A DNA stretch of 31,080 bases, from positions 1-31,080 of the forward strand of contig CBDUUO010000001.1 in NCBI GenBank assembly GCA_965370395.1, read 5' to 3'. Positions 24,858-31,080 of this stretch are shown here, piece after piece (within the stretch, counting starts at the first letter, position 1; each line of letters starts with the position of its first letter). Origin of the DNA: an uncultured bacterium. GTDB taxonomy: Bacteria > Desulfobacterota > Desulfobacteria > Desulfobacterales > JAHEIW01. Position numbers and translations under genes: made by a program. The notes beneath the pieces are model-generated. The model worked only from the letters and a program-made list of their open reading frames with translations, searched no databases and had not been told where the DNA came from.

Positions 24858-26563
24858 ATTTAAATGAAATTATTAAAGCTGCGCACGGCGAAAAACCCGT
24901 TGATCTGCTTTTAACCAACGCGCGGATCATCAATGTATTTGCGGGCGAGGTCGTACCGGACGCAATTGCAATCAGTGAAGGAGTGGTTGTTGGGTTCGGC
25001 CCATACGAGGCCAAAAATGTCGTCGATGTAAACGGCCGATATGTCGCACCCGGTTTTATTGATGGGCATGTTCATATTGAAAGCTCAATGACCTGCATTT
25101 CCGAGTTCGCCCGGGCGGTACTGGTGCATGGTACCACGACCGTGGCAGCCGACCCCCATGAAATCGCCAATGTGCTAGGGGCATCTGGAATCGAATATAT
25201 GCTGCAGTCGGCAGAACAACAACCCATGAATATCTATTTCACGCTGCCCTCGTGTGTGCCGGCTACCGATATGGAAACCGCCGGCGCCCGCTTAACCGCC
25301 GAAGATCTGAGGCCATTTTTAAATAAAGAAAGAATTATCGCGCTGGCTGAGATGATGAATTTTCCGGGAGTTATCTATCGGGATCCGGATGTTTTGGCAA
25401 AAATAAGCGCTGCCAAGCAGCAAAAAAAGCCGATCGATGGTCATGCACCCGGGCTCAAAGGACAGGAGCTTTATGCTTATATCTCAGCCGGTATTCAAAG
25501 TGATCATGAATGCACCACCGAGCAGGAAGCCAGAGAAAAGCTCATGGCCGGGATGTATATCATGATCCGTCAAGGGACCGGTGCCAAAAATTTGCAAGCG
25601 CTGCTTCCTGCGGTAAACGAAAAGACATCCAGGCGCATGATGTGGTGCACCGATGATCGCCACCCCCATGACCTGATCGCAGACGGTCATATCGATTCTA
25701 TCATGCGCGAAGCCATTCAGTCCGGTCTGGATCCGCTTTTAGCCATTCAGATGGCCACCCTCAATCCGGCAGAGTATTTTGGTTTATATCACCTGGGGGC
25801 GATTGCACCCGGCAAGCAGGCCGATCTGGTCCTATTTTCCGATATTGAAAAGCCGGTCATTGAACAGGTTTATTACCGGGGAATCTTAACAGCCGAAAAC
25901 GGGAAAATCCGACCCAAAATTCAATTTCCGGCCGCGGCCACCGTCCCCCCGACGATGCATGTCGACCTGCAAAACATCGATTTCAGCATATCTGCAGAAA
26001 AAAAACGCATTCGGGTTATTGAAATTGTGCCTGAACAGGTGATTACCCGGCAGCGCATCGAACAGATCCCGGTTAAAAACAATCAGGCCGTAAGCGACCC
26101 ATCAAGGGATTTACTCAAAATCGCTGTGGTGGAACGCCACTTGGGTACCGGCAATATCGGCAAAGGGTACGTTAAAGGCTTCGGCCTGAAGCACGGCGCT
26201 CTGGCCTCCAGTGTTGCCCATGATTCGCACAATATCATCATCGTGGGCACCTCTGATGAAGACATGCAGGCCGCATTGGAAGCGGTGGTGGAAATGGGCG
26301 GCGGGCTGGCTGCGGTTTCTGATGCCAGGCTCCTGGCCGGTCTGGCGCTGCCGGTTGCGGGGCTGATGTCTTTGGAACCGCTCCGGACGGTGCGCGATCA
26401 GCTGGAGCGCATCATTGGAATTGCGCATGATATGGGCGCGGCTTTAAAGGATCCTTTCATGACCCTTTCTTTTATGGCCCTGCCGGTGATACCGGAATTA
26501 AAGTTGACCGACATGGGACTGATCGATGTGAATAAGTTTGAAGTCGTTTCATTATTCGTATAA
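24854..26563 (+). CDS. ade: Adenine deaminase
   Basis: PGFIDGHVHIESS, ADPHEIANV, LAEMMNFPGV, DGHAPG, SDHEC, CTDDRHP, SVAHDSHNI. ATGA overlap with the upstream gene. Confidence 0.95.
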   Translation: MNLNEIIKAAHGEKPVDLLLTNARIINVFAGEVVPDAIAISEGVVVGFGPYEAKNVVDVNGRYVAPGFIDGHVHIESSMTCISEFARAVLVHGTTTVAADPHEIANVLGASGIEYMLQSAEQQPMNIYFTLPSCVPATDMETAGARLTAEDLRPFLNKERIIALAEMMNFPGVIYRDPDVLAKISAAKQQKKPIDGHAPGLKGQELYAYISAGIQSDHECTTEQEAREKLMAGMYIMIRQGTGAKNLQALLPAVNEKTSRRMMWCTDDRHPHDLIADGHIDSIMREAIQSGLDPLLAIQMATLNPAEYFGLYHLGAIAPGKQADLVLFSDIEKPVIEQVYYRGILTAENGKIRPKIQFPAAATVPPTMHVDLQNIDFSISAEKKRIRVIEIVPEQVITRQRIEQIPVKNNQAVSDPSRDLLKIAVVERHLGTGNIGKGYVKGFGLKHGALASSVAHDSHNIIIVGTSDEDMQAALEAVVEMGGGLAAVSDARLLAGLALPVAGLMSLEPLRTVRDQLERIIGIAHDMGAALKDPFMTLSFMALPVIPELKLTDMGLIDVNKFEVVSLFV

Positions 26564-26611
26564 CAGTGTAAATCATGCTATAGGCTCAGGCTTCAGCCGT
26601 GTATTTTCTCG

Positions 26612-26842
26612 TCACCGGCAGCTGGCTTCTGGCATTAAGGTTTCAGGAAACAGATGACGGAGGACAGAAAACAGAAGTCAGATAGGGTAGTTTCATTCTC
26701 CAGTTTTTACCATCTGTCTTCTGTCGTCTGACTTCTGTCCTCTGACACCTGACACCTGAAACCTGCTTGTCCGCCGTAGCCTTTTAGGCGAAGGAGGGAC
26801 ACCTGAAATCTATTTGAGACCAGCTGCCAGTAACCAGAAGCA
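26612..26842. repeat. Nested periodic inverted repeats with an inserted REP-like hairpin
   Basis: Outer IR CCGGCAGCTGG / CCAGCTGCCAG. Inner heptamer IR (ACAGA-type left arm; TCTGTCT-TCTGTCG-TCTGACT-TCTGTCC-TCTGACA-CCTGACA right arm). A 36-nt GC hairpin (26762-26797) is flanked by GACACCTGAAA direct repeats. Confidence 0.85.
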
Positions 26843-26869
26843 ATGAGCTGGAAGTCGGCCTACTTGCCA

Positions 26870-26899
26870 TTGACACTAGTGCACCTAATATCTTATACT
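26870..26899 (+). promoter_or_regulatory. Sigma-70 promoter of the DRTGG cassette
   Basis: TTGACA-18 nt-TATACT, about 110 nt upstream of ATG 27012. Confidence 0.65.
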
Positions 26900-27011
26900 T
26901 TCTTTGCTTTTGCGCTTTAATTTGCTTGATTATTAGATAAAAATTTCCAAATAACCGGTTTGAAGAATTTAATCTGTCACCTAAAACTGAGTGGAATGGT
27001 GGAATTAGCAA

Positions 27012-27365
27012 ATGAGACTCTCAGAAATTATAGATACGCTGGATGCGACACTCCTGATTGGAGAAGATAACCTGGACCAGGACATTACGACTTGCGGCGC
27101 CAGTGATTTGATGAGCGATATCCTGGCCGCAGTTTGTGAAGGCTGTATCCTATTAACCGGTTTGGCAACGGTCCAGGTGATACGGACAGCCATCATAGCC
27201 GGGGTCGGGGCGGTGGTATTTGTCAGGGGCAAAAAGCCTCCCCGGGAGGTGGTCGAAATGGCCGGAGCCCAGGGGCTACCGTTAATATCGAGCCCCTATT
27301 CCATGTTTGTCTCCTGCGGCAGACTGCACGCCTGTAATATTACAGGGCTTGATGGACAACGATAA
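27012..27365 (+). CDS. Stand-alone DRTGG-domain protein 1
   Basis: GASDLMSDILA..LLTGL..QVIRTA...AVVFVRGKKP pattern. Confidence 0.8.
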   Translation: MRLSEIIDTLDATLLIGEDNLDQDITTCGASDLMSDILAAVCEGCILLTGLATVQVIRTAIIAGVGAVVFVRGKKPPREVVEMAGAQGLPLISSPYSMFVSCGRLHACNITGLDGQR

Positions 27366-27408
27366 CCGATCATTCACAATCTGACTCTACAGTAAATTTC
27401 AAGCGACG

Positions 27409-27849
27409 ATGTCTAGATTCAAAAAAAGCTTTCATATAAAAGGTAGAGATTTTATCCGCGCCGGAGAGGCCGCGATCAACGTTCAAAATCTTCTCAAGTC
27501 GATGGATTTTGATTCCCGCTTGGTTCGGCGAATCGCCATCTGCGGCTATGAAAGCGAAATGAATGTGGTCATGCACGGCGGCGATGGTTCCTTGAGCATT
27601 GAGGTCGACACGGACAAGCTGATTTTAGAAATATCAGATGATGGCCCCGGCATCGAAGATATTGAACTGGCCATGCAGACCGGTTACTCGACAGCCAACG
27701 ACGATCACCGTGAAATGGGTTTCGGAGCCGGTATGGGCCTGCCGAATATGAAAAAAAATTCAGACCAGATCCAGATTGAGTCAAAAAAAGACCAGGGAAC
27801 CGTGGTTCGAATGTTTTTTTTTCTGCCTGAGGGAGTGAAAACAGATTGA
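27409..27849 (+). CDS. RsbT/RsbW-like anti-sigma Ser/Thr kinase (GHKL)
   Basis: YESEMNVVMHG, DDGPGI, GYST, GFGAGMGLPNMKK, GT.V. Confidence 0.85.
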   Translation: MSRFKKSFHIKGRDFIRAGEAAINVQNLLKSMDFDSRLVRRIAICGYESEMNVVMHGGDGSLSIEVDTDKLILEISDDGPGIEDIELAMQTGYSTANDDHREMGFGAGMGLPNMKKNSDQIQIESKKDQGTVVRMFFFLPEGVKTD

Positions 27850-29156
27850 GTCAAAAACAAACATCAACCTATTTTGTCCGTTTTGACCAAGACCTCTGCG
27901 CCGGCCATGGCTCATGTCTGCGGGTCTGCCCCACCAAAGCCATCCGCCTTAAACACAAAAAGGCCATCCGCATCGTGGAACAGTGCATCGGCTGCGGCGA
28001 ATGCATTCGCTCCTGTCGTGAAGGCGCAATCAGTGCAGCCACCGAAGGCCCCGAAGTGCTGGGGAAAGATCATGTGTCCATCGCCCTGGTTTCACCGGTG
28101 CTCTATGCGCAGTTTCCCGGTGTGATGCCCAAAGACGTCCTGCTGGGTCTCCGGCATATGGGATTTCAGCACACTATCGACATGTCTTATTTTCTTGAAA
28201 TATTTCAATTTGCGACCGAAGAATTTATCAGTCGCAACCGAAAATCCCAAATGGCCCCCTGGCCCCTGATTTCACCGGTCTGTCCGGTGGTAGTGCGACT
28301 CATCGCTTTTCAATTTCCCAACCTTTTACCCAACGTCTTGCCGGTATTAAGGCCGGTGGCCCTCATGGCCCGCGAAGTCAAATCGCGTCTGATTCCCGAA
28401 TACATCGAAAAGGGAAAAGAGGTTGTCCTGTATTACATCAACCCCTGCCCGACCAAAAAAGATCCAGCATGCTTGCCCTCCCGCAAACGACCGGTGCCCA
28501 CTGAAATCGCCCTGGGAATTAACGATATATATCCTGAACTCATTAAATATGTGGATCAGATTAAAGCGGCTGACGGCATTCCTTTTTATGAAACCCGTTT
28601 TGAATACGAAACATGTGCAACCGCTAACGCGTCCATGTGGGGAATGTCCGGTGGTGAAATCGCCGACATGGATATTGATAAATCTCTGGCTGTTTCAGGC
28701 ATGGAGGAAACCATCAGCTATCTTGAGAAAATCGAAATGGGGTTGTTTCAGGATATTGAATATATCGAATTTAGAACCTGCCGCGAAGGCTGTTTAGGTG
28801 GTGTGCTGACCGCTATAGACAAATATCTTGCCAAAAGCGCCGTTCAAAAGATGATCAAAAGGTTTGGACTCGGAAGACGTCTGCACCGTGAAAACATTCT
28901 GCGGATGTATGAAAAAGGAGAATTTCAAACCGAAAAAAAACCTTCTAAATTGACCAGTTTATTCGGCGCTCACAAAGAAGCCCTGTCTCTGGACTCCATG
29001 CAGAAAATTGAAAAGGTCATGGACCTCATCCAAGGGACAGACTGCACGGCATGTGGTGCTCCGAACTGCCGGACGTTTGCTGAAGATGTGGTCCGGGGAG
29101 ATGCCGCCTTGAAGGAATGTCTTTTTGTCGGTGCGCAAAAAAAGAAGAAGGGTTGA
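27846..29156 (+). CDS. [FeFe]-hydrogenase-like (non-canonical, probably sensory) Fe-S protein with N-terminal ferredoxin and C-terminal FeS domain
   Basis: CAGHGSCLRVCP and CIGCGECIRSC. Degenerate H-cluster motifs SPVCP, NPCPTKK and FRTCREGCLGG. C-terminal DCTACGAPNC..C. TTG start overlapping the upstream TGA. Confidence 0.8.
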   Translation: MSQKQTSTYFVRFDQDLCAGHGSCLRVCPTKAIRLKHKKAIRIVEQCIGCGECIRSCREGAISAATEGPEVLGKDHVSIALVSPVLYAQFPGVMPKDVLLGLRHMGFQHTIDMSYFLEIFQFATEEFISRNRKSQMAPWPLISPVCPVVVRLIAFQFPNLLPNVLPVLRPVALMAREVKSRLIPEYIEKGKEVVLYYINPCPTKKDPACLPSRKRPVPTEIALGINDIYPELIKYVDQIKAADGIPFYETRFEYETCATANASMWGMSGGEIADMDIDKSLAVSGMEETISYLEKIEMGLFQDIEYIEFRTCREGCLGGVLTAIDKYLAKSAVQKMIKRFGLGRRLHRENILRMYEKGEFQTEKKPSKLTSLFGAHKEALSLDSMQKIEKVMDLIQGTDCTACGAPNCRTFAEDVVRGDAALKECLFVGAQKKKKG

Positions 29157-29209
29157 TCCGCTTTATTGACAAACCTATTTGGACAGCCGGCTGGAAAGGA
29201 TATTGACAG

Positions 29210-29548
29210 TTGTTGGTAAAAGATCTGGTGGAAAAATTCGACCTATCAGTAGCTGCCGGGAAAAATGGACTGGATCGCGAGATCATGGACGGTTACTGCG
29301 GTGATTTGTTAAGCGAAATTATGGGCAACGCGCCGGCAGGGTGTGCCTGGATGACCGTTCAGGGGCATCAGAACATTGTCGCGGTGGCCGTGCTGCGTGA
29401 AATGGCCGCTATCATTATCACCGGTGGTCAAAAGCCGGATGAGGAAACCATCCAGAAGGCGGATCAGGAAGGCATTCCCATTTTATTGTGGCCAAACTCA
29501 TCCTTTAGCCTGGCCGGCCGCATTTTTAGCGCCGGCGTCGGAACTTAG
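29210..29548 (+). CDS. Stand-alone DRTGG-domain protein 2
   Basis: GYCGDLLSEIMG..AWMTVQGHQNIVAVA..AAIIITGG. TTG start after GGAAAGGA. Confidence 0.82.
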   Translation: MLVKDLVEKFDLSVAAGKNGLDREIMDGYCGDLLSEIMGNAPAGCAWMTVQGHQNIVAVAVLREMAAIIITGGQKPDEETIQKADQEGIPILLWPNSSFSLAGRIFSAGVGT

Positions 29549-29735
29549 TTCGCTTCGCTCACAATTGGAATGATGGAAAGATGGAATACTGGAATATTGG
29601 GTCTGTAATCCAAACACTGAAGTTATGCGTTTTTGACCATTATTCCATTATGCCATTATTCCATGTAGGCGGCATAAAACCAGTGTCGTTAAAAGCTACA
29701 CACTTTCAATATGTTATATAATTTCCGAGACGTTG
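29544..29735. repeat. Octamer-periodic inverted repeat with head and tail sequences
   Basis: GGAATGAT-GGAAAGAT-GGAATACT-GGAATATT-GGGTC (29567-29603) / GACC-ATTATTCC-ATTATGCC-ATTATTCC (29635-29662). Head CTTAGTTCGCTTCGCTCACAATT. The right boundary is approximate. Confidence 0.8.
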
Positions 29736-29751
29736 ATTAAGGAATCAACCG

Positions 29752-30498
29752 TTGTTAAAAAAATTTAAAGCCGACCTCCACATTCACTCATGCCTTTCAC
29801 CCTGCAGCGACTGGGATATGAGCCCCAAAAAAATTGTCGAGAAAAGTCTTGAACGGCAGCTCGATTTAATCGCTATCTGTGACCACAATACAGCCGAGAA
29901 CGCTGCGGCAGTCTTACGGGAGGGAACCCGGCAGGGTGTTGCGGTTTTGGCGGGGATGGAAATCTGTTCCAGAGAAGAAGTGCACCTCGTGACCCTTTTT
30001 AAAAAAATTGAAGGCGCTCTGAAAATGCAGGAATTTATTTACGCCCATCTGCCCGGGAAAAATCAACCGGAAGTATTCGGGCATCAGGTCGTCGCAGATG
30101 AGCACGACCAGGTCCTGGGAGAAAATCCCCGCCTGCTGATCGGTGCCACACAGCTCAGTTTGCTCGAAATTGTCGAAAAGGCCCATCATCTCGGCGGCAT
30201 CTGCATCAGTGCCCATGTCGACCGCCCGTCTTACAGTCTGATTGGCCAGCTTGGGTTTATCCCTGAGGATTTACATTTGGACGCCGTGGAGGTTTCTTAT
30301 CGGGTGCCCCTTGATAAAGCCCTAACCGAGGTGCCGGGCATAAAGAACTATCCCTGCGTGACCTCTTCGGACGCTCATTTTTTACGCGACATTGGAAAAG
30401 TGTGGACGGAATTTATTTTAGCGGCCCCCACCCTGCAAGAAATTCGTCTGGCACTGACCGGCACCGAAGGGCGCAGGATTCTAAACGATACAGGATGA
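29752..30498 (+). CDS. PHP-domain phosphoesterase
   Basis: DLHIHS, ICDHN, GMEI, EEVH, SAHVDR, SSDAH. TTG start. Confidence 0.9.
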   Translation: MLKKFKADLHIHSCLSPCSDWDMSPKKIVEKSLERQLDLIAICDHNTAENAAAVLREGTRQGVAVLAGMEICSREEVHLVTLFKKIEGALKMQEFIYAHLPGKNQPEVFGHQVVADEHDQVLGENPRLLIGATQLSLLEIVEKAHHLGGICISAHVDRPSYSLIGQLGFIPEDLHLDAVEVSYRVPLDKALTEVPGIKNYPCVTSSDAHFLRDIGKVWTEFILAAPTLQEIRLALTGTEGRRILNDTG

Positions 30499-30515
30499 TA
30501 CAAGATTTTGTGTAA

Positions 30516-31073
30516 ATGCGAGAGTTATCTTTACATATTTTAGATGTGGTTGAAAACGGAATTACCGCCGGCGGGAATTGCATCTGGATTGAAGTTGAAG
30601 AAGCCCGTAAAAAGGATCAGTTAAAAATTGTGATTCGCGACAATGGCCGTGGAATGCCGGTCGAAAAAATGAAAAATATCAACGATCCTTTTATCACTTC
30701 CCGAACCACTCGCAGAGTCGGCCTGGGACTTTCACTGTTAGCCGCTGCGGCCGAGCGATGTGATGGGACCCTGCGCGTCGACAGCCAACCCGGTAAAGGG
30801 ACTGAAGTTGCGGCCACATTTCGTTATCATCATATCGACCGCGCGCCCCTTGGCGATATGGCGGCGACGGTTACCACCTTAATTATCGGCAACCCGGGAA
30901 TTGATTTTGTCTATTGCCATCGCATTGATGGTAAAGATTTCAGCCTGGATACCCGGGAGATCCGCACCGAAATGGAAGATCTTTCCCTGTCCGATCCGGT
31001 GGTCATTCACCATTTAACCGAATCCATCCGTTCTGCGCTCAAAGCGCTGGCGAAAAATGAAGGCGTATCTTAA
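30516..31073 (+). CDS. Stand-alone HATPase_c (GHKL) kinase-like protein without HisKA domain
   Basis: MRELSLHILDVVEN, DNGRGM, DPF.TSRTTRRVGLGL, PGKGT, HIDRAPLGD. Confidence 0.88.
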   Translation: MRELSLHILDVVENGITAGGNCIWIEVEEARKKDQLKIVIRDNGRGMPVEKMKNINDPFITSRTTRRVGLGLSLLAAAAERCDGTLRVDSQPGKGTEVAATFRYHHIDRAPLGDMAATVTTLIIGNPGIDFVYCHRIDGKDFSLDTREIRTEMEDLSLSDPVVIHHLTESIRSALKALAKNEGVS

Positions 31074-31080
31074 ATCCTAA

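Noticed and set aside
27846-29156. Catalytic [FeFe]-hydrogenase
   Set aside because: H-cluster motifs are degenerate (SPVCP for TSCCP, NPCPTKKD for MPCxxKxxE, EFRTC for ExMxC).
553-29735. CRISPR array or microsatellite interpretation of the periodic repeats
   Set aside because: No constant repeat with unique spacers and no cas genes. The units are degenerate and arranged as inverted arms rather than simple tandem tracts.
811-30817. Numerous antisense or out-of-frame ORFs in the track (e.g. 1260..1901, 3051..3659, 10141..11055, 23898..24500, 26784..27011)
   Set aside because: They overlap well-supported genes or repeats on the opposite strand or frame, with no recognisable motifs. Consistent with shadow ORFs.

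Overview
31-kb chromosomal window from an anaerobe. Gene content (HdrL/MvhD, sigma-54 two-component system, PilZ-Zn ribbon, RnfB-type proteins) suggests a Desulfobacterota/Desulfobacterales-like organism; this is an inference. The supplied ORF track truncates three genes at in-frame UGA codons. Each UGA sits at a conserved Cys position and is followed by a SECIS-like hairpin, so all three are read here as selenoproteins: MvhD (66..497, U17), HdrL (735..5165, U60) and a membrane-anchored RnfB::GltD/NfnB-like flavoprotein fusion (16188..18290, U46). Two modules stand out as possibly undescribed. (1) A Rossmann-PAS histidine kinase, a sigma-54 activator and an archaemetzincin converge on two tandem GcvH-like paralogs that lack the lipoyl lysine, carry four exact C-x12-C-x5-C-x2-C motifs and follow a strong sigma-54 promoter. 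(2) An operon nuoE-like, nuoF-like (bifurcating-type signature), Sec-RnfB::flavoprotein, rseC has no hydrogenase/FDH catalytic subunit and no other rnf genes. Also present: a ferritin-like protein, an MggS-like GT4, tag, PilZ, HU, a truncated aldo/keto reductase, a purine deamination/phosphorolysis cluster (PNP, two MtaD-like deaminases, Ade) and a DRTGG/Ser-Thr kinase/[FeFe]-hydrogenase-like/PHP/HATPase cassette. Five intergenic regions plus the window edge hold imperfect inverted repeats built from 7- or 8-nt periodic units, some of them nested. No rRNA, tRNA, CRISPR array or transposase was seen. All calls were made by eye; no database searches were run.
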